A stretch of 64,000 nucleotides of DNA from Chiloscyllium plagiosum (Eukaryota), in contig NC_057744.1 in NCBI RefSeq assembly GCF_004010195.1, positions 24,674,224 through 24,738,223 of the forward strand, in the 5' to 3' direction. The translations under genes were made by a program, and so were the position numbers. Position 1 is the first letter of the stretch, and the number at the start of each line of letters is the position of its first letter. Shown here in pieces: positions 50,681 to 64,000 of this stretch. Under the pieces are notes generated by a model. That model had not been told where the DNA came from. It worked only from the letters and a program-made list of their open reading frames with translations, and searched no databases.

Positions 50681-53644
50681 CCAACACTTCTGCATCATTT
50701 TCTGTTTGGGCAACACCTCAATTTTACAAATGGTTTTGCTCATTTACAAATCTCTCCACCGCCTTAAACTTATCCATTTCTATGAAGTCCTCCACCACAA
50801 GAACTTGGCATTCCTCCACATCAGCAATTTTAACCGCTTTGTGATTGTTGAACTAAGGCCCAAGGATCTGTGCATTATTCTTTGAAGTGCTCTGTCTTTC
50901 GACCTCACTATCCACTTTAAAACCTTGCTTGTGGCAACCCTGCTCCCAACGTCATTGTTGGGGCAAGACAGCAGCCAATGAGTTGTTTGTTTTTTTTTCT
51001 CAGAGGTGGGGCTGGCCCTTAGAAAGCAAATTGACAGTCCATTGGCTTTTACATGGATGCTGAGGGGGAACTGCCCCAAACTTCAGTGTAAAATCCTATC
51101 AGCTGTTGGTATTGCACTAGTTATTTACTGAAAGCTTTTTTTTAATGAAAGAAAAATGTTTTCAAAAAGGAAATATAGGTTTTTCATGTTTGGCACTATT
51201 CCATAGCCAGGAATGTGGCAGCTGAGGAAATGGACGCAAGAATAGCTTGTGCAATTCTGCAGGCTCGTATCAAAGGTTAAGCATAGCTTAGAATGGATTA
51301 AATCTGAAATAAAATAAAGCCGCATTTTGTCTTTTTCAAGATAATAATTGGGATTGATTTTTCTTCTGGAAGAGATGGAGACCAATAAGTTACATTAAAT
51401 TTCTTATCACAGCAATTTGCCTCCAGATTTCACACGTGCCTCTAAATGTTACGTTTTATATCCTTGAATAGCAGGGTCAAAATAGAATGATGGCTCAGAA
51501 TATACAATGTGCAGGCCAGTGCCTGCAATTAAGATTCAAGCCAGCTCTCAGTAAAGAGCAAAGCACAAAAATCCATATTTTCAATTTCATTCCAATTAGC
51601 AACCAGGCAAAATCAGCAATCGACAATTGTGAAGCCAATATGAATCTGCCATTGGCCCAAACTCTGGAGGAAAAACAACACTCAATACATTTGTTCAAAT
51701 ATAAGTTTTAAATTCAGTAACACATACACTGGGAATTTCCTCAGGACGTCCTTCCAATGGTTGCTGTAACTTCAATGTAAGGTCATCAGAAAACCCAGAA
51801 CCATGACTTAAACAGGGTGTTCTAGTGCCAATTGTCCATTTAAGTTACAGCAGGTGATTGGGAGATATCGCCAAGGAAGCGAACATTATTTTAATTACAC
51901 TTCATGTGCATTCACCAAAAAAAACAGTGAGAAAAAGCTCGGAAGTGGATTGTTTTACAATGTTTCAATGTTGTACGAACTGTTCATTCACATAGCTGAT
52001 AGCTTGGAAGTGATCAGCTATAGTTACTGCTAAGATGTTAAACTTACAGGACTACATGGTATTCTGATGTCATTTAAGTTTTCACTTAAAAAGCAAAACA
52101 AGATTAATGTAGTTGCAGCAAAGTCACGGTGGCAGAAAAATGCAAAAAAAAATCAAACAGTTAATCCCAATCATACAATATGTCAGCAGTTCTGTTAGCC
52201 AAGCTGAACAGGTATAGTATTGGGCACATGTCATGTAATTGGAATTCAGAAAATGAGAACATGAACTCTGCATTGGGAGCACAGGAGCATGAGTCAACCA
52301 CTACCTGACTCCAGTCACCTGCTGTTGCACACTAAAGTGTTTCCTCGCTTCATTCCTGAATGACCTGGTTCTCATTTTGAGATTGTGCACTCACCTCATG
52401 TGAAAAGGCTCTCGAAACTATCATTTATTTTTAACTTATTGAAACCATTAATTAAAATCTGTTGAAATACTCCAGTAAATTGTGAACTTTTGGTCAACGC
52501 TTTTAAAATTATTCACAAACAGCTATTAAAATAACTGCTACAATCACGTGTGTATGAGTTACAGTCTACTCCAAATCTCAAATACCAAATTAAATATGAA
52601 CATTTCAGGTCATTTGGGGAATTCACGTATTACTATGGTTTAAGAAATAGCCAGCCATAAAAAAAGAACATGGAACCCCCAGGTTGCCAGTTTCCAGGTT
52701 TCTTTTGAACAAACTTAGAGATCAGAATCCAACTTTTTTGGCAGACAGTTGTGAATGGACATGAGATTAAATTGCTTTCATTTGCTAATGGTTTCCTTCC
52801 GCAAACCAGGCTGAGCAAATCTCAAATCTTGTGTGAATGACAACACAAGATGTTGGAATCATAATCACTACCTTTTATTTGGAAAACCCCTTAAACTTGC
52901 GAATAGTCACATTGTTATACAGTCATTTTTTTTTTGTTCTTATTTTCATAACCACCAGAAGTTGTTTGCAGACACTTTCACTATAAAACCATCAAACCAA
53001 AGGTTCTGTGGTCAGAAAGGTAGGCTTGAAACTTGTTGCAAGTCATCAAGTAGCCTCAGTAGTTAACCTTAATGGAAATAAAACTCCCCCTAGTGTGTTC
53101 CAGCTGAAAGGTAACTCCCTGGAAACCTGTTATCAAGAAACCTCGCAGCCTCCTTCACTTCTCAAGACACTCACTCCAAATTTTTTTTGCTGGGACCGCA
53201 TAGATAGTAAACAAAAAATTGTGATTATTATAAACTGTAAAGACCATATGATTTTATTTTCTGCAGTTTTGATTGTAGACTGAAATAGGAAAATGACTAC
53301 AAAAACTGAGGATTGTGGAAGGTATGGCTATGCAAGTTTTTGAAACTCGTTGTAATACTGCTATTTTGTTTAATCAATCACTGAGTGAGGGATTATATTT
53401 GGAAATGGGCAGGTGCATACAAAATGAAATTTCACTGATAGATTCCTGATTGGTCTCTGGAATTCTTAACAGTTGTGGAAGCCAAAGGCCTAAGTTCTAA
53501 CAACAGCTATCTGATAGGTTGCTGAGTAGCTGAATGGCTTGGGGGTGTGAATAATATTGTCAGAACCCTTTGGACTGCTACCAAGGCATATGCTTTGTAT
53601 TTTTCTCCAGTAAAATACTTAAAAACGTCAGAATCTAAAGAAAT

Positions 53645-53775
53645 AGAAAGATACGAGAGATGCTGGAAATCTTAAATAAAAACAAAAATGCAGAGAAACT
53701 CCGTGTCCGGCAGAACTGATGGAAAGCGAAACAGCGTTAATATTTTGAGTCCAGAATGTTCCCTCCTCAGAGCAG
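53645..53775 (-). mobile_element. Decayed family-B-like pseudo-LTR
   Basis: agatgctggaaatct..aaacagcgttaatattttgagtcc..cctcctcagagc. Confidence 0.5.
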
Positions 53776-53794
53776 TTTTGGTTTTTCCCTCACT

Positions 53795-54560
53795 TTCCTG
53801 CAGTACAAAGAACATAGCAGATTTAAATCTCTGATCAGAATTTCCTGTCATAAATGCAGAGCTCTTTCTTAATGTAAAAAGATCTCCATGTGATTGACAC
53901 TCCTTGGAGAGTAGCCTTCTGGTAATAAAGGTTGACATTTGTTCACTCTTGGTGCTTGAACCTGACAAATATATTTCAGAGCACATGAAATCCTAAATTG
54001 TTTTGGACCTCCACATTTCAACATTTAAATAACACATGTATTTATCATTTCGTGATCTAAAATTTACCTGTTTTAAAATCTATCTGCCACAGTCTTGCCC
54101 CTTCAGTTAATTTGTCAATGTTTCTTGGTAATTTTATGGTCCTGTCCACATTACTTAAAGGACTACTATTCTTTGTGTCATCGGCAAACTTAGATTTATG
54201 GCTCTCTATTGTGTTATCTAAGTCATTAATAAAAATTGTGAATAGTTTAGGATTCAGCCCAGACCCTTTTAGAGCACTACTGGTCATTTCCTGCCAGTTG
54301 AAGTCCACAATTATTGTTACTACTTGCTGACCTTTGCTATACAACCAACCACCTAACCAGGGAACAGATTTACCTTCAAAGCTATGGGGTTTAATTTTGG
54401 CTTGCAGTTCTCTGATATGGAACGTTGCTTTCCTTCCTAAATTCATGAACACTGCATTCATACAGATATCTGTCGATGAGGTTAGTTACTTTTTAAAAAC
54501 ATACAATTAGATTCACTAGTCATGACCTACACTTCACAAACCCATATGGCTCTCTCTCAT
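53795..54560 (-). mobile_element. Old CR1 RT fragment
   Basis: ORF 54057-54461 contains LFTIFINDLD..SKFADDTK..WQIDF. Confidence 0.85.
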
Positions 54561-55130
54561 GAGTTTTTTTTATATAAATGCTCCATTGCCTCATCTTCAA
54601 TTATTGATTAAACACCAATTTTTACTTTTATTGCATTCTGCACAATGCTTCAAGATGCTTCACAGCAGCATTGTTAAACTAAGTATAACAGTGAACCAAA
54701 AAGAGATATTGGACTGTTGTTTTCTTGGAGTAGCAATGTCCTCACTCCCCATTCTCGTTCCTCATCTCCCTCCCTCCCTTGTCCTCACTCCCATTCTTGT
54801 TAACACTACTGTCCTCCCCTCAGTGCTAGCATTCTCATGTATGCTGTTCTCCCCTGTCCTTACCCACTGTCCTCATGTGCAAGCTAGGGGACTCTGCGAC
54901 CCCTCATCAGGCACTCTGCTTCCCTTCCCAAGAACAAAGACACGGAGGAATATGGCTCTCTCTCATGAGTTTTTTTTATATAAATGCTCCATTGCCTCAT
55001 CTTCAATTATTGATTAAACACCAATTTTTACTTTTATTGCATTCTGCACAATGCTTCAAGATGCTTCACAGCAGCATTGTTAAACTAAGTATAACAGTGA
55101 ACCAAAAAGAGATATTGGACTGTTGTTTTC
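54544..55130. repeat. Identical 181-bp direct repeats flanking a 225-bp filler
   Basis: 54544-54724 equals 54950-55130 by eye; unique pyrimidine-rich spacer at 54725-54949. Confidence 0.95.
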
Positions 55131-55959
55131 ATGTCAATATCCTTCCTCTTTTCTGTCAATGCAGTTTGCCAAACTCTCCATGGTGACATGACGAGGCTGG
55201 AATTGAATGCATGCGTCTTTCTGGATTAACATTTGTATGAAGTTACCTGTGTCAGCAGATACTGCCTTTTTAAACAAAAGAGACAGTTTTGGAGTTGAGA
55301 TACCTATTTAATTTCATGGCTAAAGCATATGTCCTGCAGTGGAAAATATTAAGTCTTTTTTAATTTTTGTGTTACTACTCCATTCAACGGCATATTCTTG
55401 CTGAAGTTAATTCCATTCCCTGAACTTTCCTCACCTGTTAGGGTTGCTATACCTTTTTTCTACTGAAAATACAAAACAATTATTAAACAAATTTGCCATC
55501 CCCTGATGGAAATATTATGCATACTTGCTTTAAAAGAGACACCACTGTTGACTGCCCTTTTCTTCTTGATATAATCATGAAAAAAACTTATTGACTTAGC
55601 CACCAACATTATATCAATCCACATGCAAGCTTTCTGAGATCCTGGTAACAAGGCATTTGATTGCTCAGCTAATAAAAGAATCATCAGCAAAAGTGTGGCT
55701 TATTGTCACTGTGTCACAGAAGCTGTAATAAGTCAAACTTAGCAGACAAGATTAGTTGACCATATTTGAAAAGTTTAAACATACTTTTGGAACAGCAAAT
55801 ATTTAAACAGGTTTCACAGCATTAAATATTTTGAAACATTTTTTCAAAGAGTGTAATTAATTTTAATCATATCAATTAATATAGCATACTTGTTAAAAAA
55901 AATGTTAAGTAGTCTTAGATTTTATTTTTGACAAGATTTATTTCACTCAACAGATGTTC

Positions 55960-56165
55960 AAACTTGCTCCCACTTAAAGCTGTGGAGGCGAGGTCACTGA
56001 GTATGTTCAAGAAATAGGTTGTTTATTTTTTCAATATGAAGGGCATCAAGGGTAAGATGGAAAACAAAAATATGGCATTGAGATAGAGGATCAGCCGTGA
56101 TCATACTGGATAGTGGGACAGGCTCAAAGGGCTGAATGGCCTACTCCTAACTCCCAGTTTCTCTT
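55960..56165 (+). mobile_element. CR1 3' tail
   Basis: aagctgtggaggcgaggtcactgagtatgttcaag..gggctgaatggcctactcct. Confidence 0.8.
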
Positions 56166-58201
56166 TCCAATTGTTACACTTTAAAAGATTTCATACCAAA
56201 AACAATTAACTTCATTTTAACCATTAAACAATTCTGTCTCGTGTGGGCCTTGGCCTCATTCAGAAAGTGCAAATTGAGAGAAGTCTCTATAAGGCCTGAA
56301 AGTAGCTTTAACATTTTCACAGTGTGATCATGTTGTAGTTGAACAACTAACTCAACCCCACACTGTGAGTGAACCCCTTGACAGTGCAGTTTTTTTTCCC
56401 CTACCTGTTGCAACTTTCAAAGTCGACAGAACATATGTACAAAGGTTGCAGGTCCTGACATCAGAAGTACATCACAAAATCCACAAAATCATTAATGTGT
56501 CCACCTGCACATTTCTCAAGGTAACTTTCTTATTCCCTTTAGTAGTTCTTCCATTTTTTGCAATTCTTTGCTGTTATTTGCTTTCCTAATACCCATGGAT
56601 TTTGATTATTCTTTGTAATTTTAGATCACCTTTCCCTCAGTTAACAAATAATTCTTTTGTTGATTGTTTTATTTACTGAGCAAGAACTATTTAACTTAAA
56701 GGGTACAAATTAGTAATTTATAAAGCCAAATGCTTTTATTGTAAATATTTCCTCCTCTTTGTCTGTAACTTTATTTGAAATTGTATTTCATGATGCAGTA
56801 GATGTTTTCTTGCCATAAAATTGCTCACCGAGTCTGGGTATATTACTCATCACTGAATCTTTTGTTGATTTAAGGATATGGGCAAATCTAACAGGAGTCT
56901 GAGGGACACAGGCTGTAGCGAGATTTGAGGCAGAATCAGATAAGAAGTCCAATTACATCTACCTTGATGTTGGGAATATCTTGCACAAACTTTTAAGCTA
57001 CCATTCAGCAGCACAGGAATTTTCTCACCAGGCAGTGGCAAGTTGCCAGTTTAGGAGGATTATCACCTATGAAGTCCTTTATTAATGATATAATTTGCCC
57101 CAGTAATATTCAGCCTCTTATCTTACCAAAAGCACCAAATAAGGTGAGAAACTGAGACATCTTGACATGGAAATCAGAGTGGGTACCTGGGGAATACAGC
57201 TTGCTGTTTGCTCCAAAAGATCTCCATGTTGGACACTGGGCACCAGCATCTCAGGCACACTCAATGGCCAGCAGGCATACACATGCTATGTTTGTGGACT
57301 TTGGCATCTAACAGGTGTCAGCCTCAAACAGCCCTCATGGCAATTCTCCAATCCACTTAGAGGACATTTCTGTACTGCAATGCTGCACTTTTGGGCTGTA
57401 ACAGGAACTATGATTGTAATTGCTGCAGGGATGCTTTGTGTTCAGAAACACACACCCAGCTCATGGGCTGGAGCGAGATGCATCTCTCAGCTTTTTGCTC
57501 GCTGGCCTAGCATTCACTCACTCTCAGCCTACTTGGACATGCACTGCATCACCTTGCTTTTAAGCACTTTTCCCCCTCAGCTTATGCTACTAGCAGTGTC
57601 CCCTCGAAGCTGTGAGGTCCATGCATCACAACAAAGGTTAGAATGAGTATTATTCATGATTCTTCTGCATTGCCTTGCCATTTAGTGCATACACAATGGC
57701 AACAAGCCTGTTTATGGTTGTTAAAGGGGTTGCCTTTTCCTCAGAGGGTCTCAGCACAGTCAGTGAAGGACAGCCTCTCATACCAGCCCAGGAGCTTGGA
57801 CACGGTCAATCTGTTGCTTGGGGCAGTCAGAGTTAGGATTGGGGGGAGTCAAAAGTCAGGCAGGCAACTATCCAACTCAGCCCCTTCTGCCCTCTTAGGA
57901 TCAATTTTACTCCTGGAATGAGAGCGCGGTGGATATTCCGGGATGTGAAGGTGGGTGGCACAGCCCATTATAGTTAGTGCAGGTGCGGAGAGGTCCAGAG
58001 TGAGTGAGTGAGTAGGCAGCATAGAATACATGCAGGGCAAGAGGTGTCAGCAGTTGGTGTTGGTGACAGTGAACGATGGTACATGTTGCAGGCAATACTG
58101 AAAGTGCCTGAGCATAAGCCTTGGGGGAGGCGAGTACAGTAGCAGGGATAAGTGAGTGTGAGTTATCGGAGACAAGCTGGTGGTATTGATGCTGGCAGAG
58201 G

Positions 58202-58382
58202 GAGTAGATCATTGACCTTTTTCCTACAGTGGTGGGTATTGATGGCTGACACTGTGCTGTCCATAGTGGCAGCCTCATACCAAGCTGACACACCATGGAT
58301 TCATCTTCTTTTGTCCTGGGGAAGAACAAGCCCTTTGTCCATACACCCCATTCATCAGGACCTCCAGATCCCAGCCTGAAAA
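58202..58382 (-). pseudogene. Fossil Myb/SANT-like ORF of a Harbinger/PIF-type transposon (element roughly 57000-58730)
   Basis: Manual translation with one frameshift and one stop: FSGWDLEVLMNGV..PQDKRR*..SAWYEAATMDSTVSAINTHHCRKKVNDLL. Confidence 0.65.
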
Positions 58383-59002
58383 GTGAGATGATAATTTTCC
58401 ATTGTTTGCCCTGTTCAGGGCATATTTCATAAACCATGCCAGGGATTTCTGGATTGACAGTTCTTGTCTAGGTTCACAATAGACTTTTAAAGTGGGCAGG
58501 GGTGCAAAAGGATGCTGATCTCTATGCAGATACCCATTGGGTGGTGTAGTGCTCTGGGAATGCTGGTCGTAAAATGGTACAATTGGAGGTTAGGGATGCC
58601 ACAGTTTAGGGGCAGATTGTTAATGAGGTGCATTCAATAGGTTATGGTGAAAATCTGACTGAGTATCATAACGAGAATCCCTCCGAAAATTCAACACCAC
58701 TTGTACTTGGCTAAAAAACTCAGCCCACATTCTTTCATAAAACTATCTTGTTCATGCGTTTGGTGTTGATTTCCTGAACGAGTTAAATAACATCATGAGT
58801 TAAGATCTGCCCATCATAGCACATAAATTGTTCCTGGGGGTGCTACCCAATTTATGTTCTCCGTTGCACGGCCAATTCTAATGCTAACCTCATGTAGATA
58901 ACTATAACGTGTATCAAGTCACGCCTAATGTCTTACAAGAGGTTAACATTTAACTTGGATTTAATGTAACTATCTATCAAATACTGTGTATAAATCTATT
59001 CT

Positions 59003-59210
59003 AGGAGAAAGTGAGGACTGCAGACGCTGGAGATCAGAGTCAAAGAGTATGGCGCTGGAAAAGCACAGCAGGTCAGGCAGTATCTGAGGAGCAGGAAAGT
59101 TGATGTTTCACCCATACGCCCTTCATCAGGTCTTATGCCCGAAATGTTGATTCTGCTGCTCCTCGGATGCTGCCTGACCTGCTGTGCTTTTCCAGCGCCA
59201 CACTTATCAA
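59003..59210 (-). mobile_element. Mini Penelope-like hairpin (family A, older)
   Basis: Complete pLTR on minus 59003-59130, inverted tail-less copy 59131-59208; degenerate TSD ataaatctattc / ataagcctattc. Confidence 0.85.
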
Positions 59211-59912
59211 TGATAAGCCTATTCGAGTCAAGAGTGACAGTACATCAGCAAAAGACTTTGTGTGGACATCCTTCCTCTTTTGCTATTAGTAACTTAAACA
59301 AATTCAAATAATTAAGATTGGTGTCAATGAATCTACCCAAGGTATCGCAGATGATCCAATGAACATTTCAGAAGATTCCCATACATACCATTTGGAAGGG
59401 CATTTATCTTCTATGATGAACATCAGGAGAAATACTATAGTCTTCCTAAAGAAAAATCTGAAAATGTCAGCTCTGATCAAAGATTCCACTTAACGGTTAA
59501 CAGGAATGTAAATCTTTATCTGTTCTCTGATACATTAAAGATCAGGAAGTTTAAATATTAAAAGAACTTGGTGATATATTTCACAGCTTTATCAATGCAC
59601 AAGTCAGATTAATCTGCGGAACATTTATTTATGTGTAACACCATCTTTAATATGAGATTGTCAAATTTCACTGAACATAAGCCTCAGCCATTATTCAAAT
59701 AGATTATCTGTGTAGAACAATTAACAGCTCATTTACTTTTCTACACAGTTAATTTTCCTTGAGAATAAAAAGTCCACTTCCTCTTGAAACTCTTAAAAAT
59801 ACGATCAGTCACTATTATGCTCAAGGATAATGGTCCCCATCAGTGGCTAATTTCAAAATGCTTTACACATTTAAGTACACTAATTTACATGAGGTACAAG
59901 GAAGGATATGAT

Positions 59913-60042
59913 AGAGTTCTGAAGAAGGGTCACTGGACCCATAATATTGACTCTGTTTCCTCTCCACAGATGCTGCCAGACTTGCTGAGTTTCTTCAATT
60001 TTTTTGGTTCAGATTTCCAGCATCTGCTATTCTTTGTTCTTT
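59913..60042 (+). mobile_element. Family-B pseudo-LTR monomer with decayed hammerhead
   Basis: agagtt-ctgaaga-a-gggtc-actg-gaccc-(GAAAC box mutated)-gactct; 6-bp stem I still visible. Confidence 0.75.
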
Positions 60043-60387
60043 GATATGAAGCATCGTTTCTTTCAAAATAGAAATAGTTCAGGGGAGATTTAAGCGAGAT
60101 ATACTGAGAAAATATGAGGAACTGAGAAAGAGAGGATAGAGTGTCGATTTATTGTGGAATATAGCTGAGCGGAGTTGCTCTGAGTAGAAGCCTCACAGCA
60201 TTTCCTCGTCCCTCCCTTGTTGGGTTTCAGCTTCAGCCAAGACCAGATTTAGGGCCAAGGTTCTTCCATGTTCGGGGGAAGGGGGCTCTCGAATGGACAG
60301 TTTGATCAGACAGAAGGACTAGTTTGGGAAGCATTTGATGAGCAATTCTGAGTGCACTAGCTTAGACTAACAAACAATTTAAAACAC

Positions 60388-60510
60388 AGTTAAAAATCAC
60401 ACATCAGGTTAAAATCCAACAGATTTATTTGGAAGTACAAGCTTTTAGAGCATAGCTCCTTCATCAGGTAGCTAGTGGAGCAGGATCATAGGACACAGAA
60501 TTTATTGCAA
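60388..60510 (-). mobile_element. Family-D pseudo-LTR with decayed hammerhead
   Basis: Minus strand tac-ctgatga-a-ggagc-tat-gctct-aaa-agct-t-gta at 60435-60470; homologous to 23745-23848. Confidence 0.7.
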
Positions 60511-60519
60511 AACAATGTT

Positions 60520-60990
60520 GAGCTCACAACATGACTCATCAAGGAGCTTGACGCTATCAAGGACAAAGCAGCCTGTTTGATTGGCACCACATCTACAAAT
60601 ACCTAATCCCTCCACCACTGACACTCAGGAACAGCAGTATGTATCATCTACAAGATACACTGTAGAAATTCCCCAAAGACCATAGAATTCACCTTCTGAA
60701 CACATGACCACTACCATCTTGAGGGTCAAAGGCAGCAGATACATAGGAATATCACCATCTGTAGTTCCCCTCCAAGCCACTCACCATCTTGACTTGGAAA
60801 TATCTCACCATTTGATTAGTGTCACTCAAACAAAATTCAGGAATTTGTTTATCGATTTGTGAATCTACCTACGGGACATGGACTGCAGCAATTCAAGAAG
60901 AGAGCTTACCACGGCCATCTCAGGGTAACTAAGGATGGACAATAAATGCTGTCCCACCCCTTGTTGCCCACATTCCACAAACAAATTTTT
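60520..60990 (+). mobile_element. LINE family 2 3' end
   Basis: KELDAIKDKAACLIG; homologous to 37240-37640; ggatggacaataaatgctg tail. Confidence 0.8.
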
Positions 60991-61009
60991 TAAAAGTCTC
61001 AGATCCTGG

Positions 61010-62260
61010 AGACTTTTGGGTTTTAAGAAAGCAGTCTCTTGCTGAAATTAAATTTTCGGGTATGGTCCCACGCAGGAAGTTAGTAAATAAAGTGCAAAGG
61101 ATTGAAGGAAATATAGAATCACAAATCAGGAATTAGTTAACAGGCAAAAAGGAGAGAGTAGGAATAAACTGATCATTCTCAGGATAGCAGGTTTTTACCT
61201 TTGGGGTACTGCAAGCATCACTACGAGGTCCACAGTTATTTACAATCCATATAAATTATCTGGATGGGGGATCAATAGCATTAATTTACAAATTTGCTGA
61301 TGACACAAACTGGGTGGGAACACATAGTGGGCTATATTAATTTAGGACACCTGGTTTGCATGGATGATCTGGGCCAAGGGATCTGTTTCCTTGTTGTATA
61401 ACACTATGTCACTATCGTCTGTGAGGAGGACACAAGAATGCTCAGCAAATATTAGGACAGATGAAGTGAATTGGTTAGAAGATTTCAAATGGAGTACAAC
61501 ATGATCAAGTGTGAAGTTATTCACTTCAGAAAAACACAAAGTGAGATTACTGCTGAAATGGAGAGAGGTTGTGAAATGCACATCTCCAAAGAGAGCTAGG
61601 TGTCCTTGTTCACAAGTCATTAACATTAAAATGAAGATGTAGCAAGCAATTAGGAAGGTAAATGGTATGATGACACTTATTGAAAGGGATACTCTATACA
61701 GGACTAAAGATGTTGTGATGTAATATAGAATCTTGATGCGACCACACCTGGAGTATTGTGTACCGTTTTTGTTTCTTTATCAAAGGGAGCATGTACTAGT
61801 CTAAGCTACAAAGCAAAGGATGTTTGCCAAGTTAATTCCTGGAATAGAGGGTTTCTTTTATGTGGAAATATTAAAGAGACTGCATCTGTAGTCCTGAGAG
61901 TTCTGAAGAATGCATGATGACCTCAGTGGAACCTAAAATTTCCAACAGGCCTGATGGGCTGGATGTAGATAAGATGCTTTTCCTTAGCTGGTGAATCTAC
62001 AACACAGAACATAATCACAGGGTAAGCTATTTCGGCTGAGATGCACTGATGCTTTGGAAGCTTCTACTTAAGAGAGCTATGGATGCTCAATCAACTGAAC
62101 ATGTTCTGAACAGATGTTGATAAGATTTGAGAGAATAATGAGCAAAATGGAGATGCTCTGTTAAAGTAGCAATGAGGTAGATGGTCAACCAGGATCTAAC
62201 CGAATGGCAGAGCAGGTTCATCAAGATGATAGGCCTACTCCTGCTCCTATATTCCTAAGT
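61010..62260 (+). mobile_element. Old CR1 with a short CR1-tail insert at ~61325-61415
   Basis: KFADDT (aaatttgctgatgacaca), LMRPHLEYCV, ggcctactcctgctcctatattccta tail. Confidence 0.85.
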
Positions 62261-63312
62261 TTACAAAATATAGGAAAAATAAAACCAGTACTTCAAATCA
62301 TTGATCTCAAGAACCATTTCCACCAAGAATAGAATAGAAATGTAATTTCAAAGTAATTGGCTTTTAAACAGAAAAGCATTAAAATGTCCTCCCCTACTAA
62401 TATATTCCATCTTCGATTTGTGCGAAGAATAACACTGTTACAAATTTAGAGGATTAAATCAGATGAGGTGCATTTGTTGTCTTATTACCACATTCAGAAA
62501 CTAAAACATAAGTAGAACAAGAGAAAAGATTTTAAGGAAATTGCAAAACAAACACATTTGCTCTTATCAACAATTCACTACTGGGTTAATCCAATATGTC
62601 GCCACAATAATTCTTAGTGTTGCATCACTACCTATCCGCTTGCACTCTTCTGAACCTGTCAAAAGCTTGCTTGAGCCACTTCGAAAAACTGGTAGAGTTT
62701 TTGTTTGATCCTTGTGTTCACAACCTTTGCAGACAATTCAGTCTCAGGGACCTCTCAACATAATGGGAATTTTAAGTATTTAGCAATTGCGGAGGCTAGT
62801 CTACAAGTGTCTGACTGTTCATAGTTTCTCTGGAAACACTGGACCTAGCATGTCTGACTTGATGTCTTTTTCACAAAGAAAATTAATATATTATAGTTCT
62901 ATATGAACAGCCTTAAATGCAAATCTAACAACCCTGCATCCTTAACTCAAAACAAAACAGTACAAAGCAAAACAAATCCTAAAATGTGACAAGATTATTA
63001 CAATTCCAGGCAGGTCCAGCACCACACTTGGCATTTTGCTGGCACTTTTTAATGAGAATCGATAAGCTCCCTGACATGTCCTAGTATTTCTCAGAATTAC
63101 ATTGGTTATTTTAAAATTAATCCAAGGAACTAAAATAGAAGAGCTTTAGCATTGGTGTAGATGTTGGCAGCATGGCTTTCATTTACAAATTTACTTTTAT
63201 CAAAACACTGGCAAATATATAGAAATTCAACCATAATGAGGGATTTGAATAGACAAATGGGACAGAAACTAGGTAAATATAAAAATGATAAATAATGGAA
63301 AAAACAGAATCA

Positions 63313-64000
63313 TCAAATCTTAGCTGGACTTATACACTTAATGGTAAGGTCCTAAGGAGTGTTGCTGAACAAAGAGACCTTGGAGTGCAGGTTCATAGCT
63401 CCTTGAATGTAGAACCGCAGGTAGATAGGATAGTGAAGAAGGCGTTTCTTAATTGTTCAGAGTGTTAAGTACAGGAGTTGGGAGGCCATACTGCAACTGT
63501 ACAGGACATTGGTTCGACCACTTTTGGAAGATTGCGTGCAATTCTGGTTTCCTTCCTATCGGAAGGATCTTGTGAAACTTGAAAGGGTTCAGAAAAGATT
63601 TACGAGGATGTTGCCAGGGTTGGAGGATTTGAGCTACAGGGAGAGTTGAATAGGCTGGGGCTGTTTTCACTGGAGCATTGGAGGTTGAAGGGTGACCTTA
63701 TAGAGATTTGTAAAATCATGAGGGGCATGGCTAGGATAAATAGACAAGGTCTTTTTCCTGGGGTGGGGGAGACCAGAACTAAAGGGCATAGGTTTAATGT
63801 GAGAGGGGAAAGATATAAAAGAGATCTAAGGGGCAACTTTGTCAAGCACAGGGTAGTGCAGATGTGGAATGGGCTGCCAGAGGAAGTGGTGGAGGCTAGT
63901 ACAATTCAACATTTAAAAGGCATTTGGATGAGTATATGAATAGGAAGGGTTTGGAGGAAATTGGGCCGGGTGCTGGTAGGTGGGACGAGATTGGGTTAGG
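63313..64000 (+). mobile_element. CR1 LINE 3' region running off the window
   Basis: LYRTLVRPLLEDCVQFW, KLERVQKRFTRMLPGL, and ORF 63646-63939 NRLGLFSLEHWRLKGDLIE..WNGLPEEVV. Confidence 0.95.

Noticed and set aside
54559-55186. Overlapping ORFs with an internal repeated peptide
   Set aside because: The peptide repeat is a by-product of the 181-bp DNA duplication.
57167-58437. ORFs of 159 and 176 aa as real genes
   Set aside because: Chance ORFs in a GC-richer decayed transposon; the only recognisable motif lies in other, broken frames.

Overview
Eukaryotic, AT-rich, repeat-dense non-coding DNA with no supportable host protein-coding exon. The repeat complement (HE1-like V-SINEs, CR1/HER1-like LINEs, a DeuSINE-like element, Penelope-like elements) points to a shark genome, possibly a carpet or bamboo shark; this is an inference from recalled repeat families. 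The listed ORFs are decayed transposon fragments or chance ORFs. Contents: many CR1 fragments, a second CR1/L2-group LINE with a partner tRNA-SINE, an L2 3' end, solo LTRs, a pogo/Tigger-like MITE, a Harbinger Myb/SANT fossil, and at least four families of Penelope-like pseudo-LTRs that each start with a minimal hammerhead ribozyme motif. Most notable: (1) TSD-flanked mini-Penelope hairpins and monomers whose breakpoints recur at the ribozyme start, including a perfect 98-bp palindrome; (2) two ~290-bp poly(A)-tailed inserts stacked at the same site just behind the TATA box of a solo LTR; (3) a perfect 181-bp duplication around a 225-bp filler; (4) a twin-priming-like inversion in a Penelope-like element. 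Family names were assigned by eye with no database search, and boundaries of old repeats are approximate.
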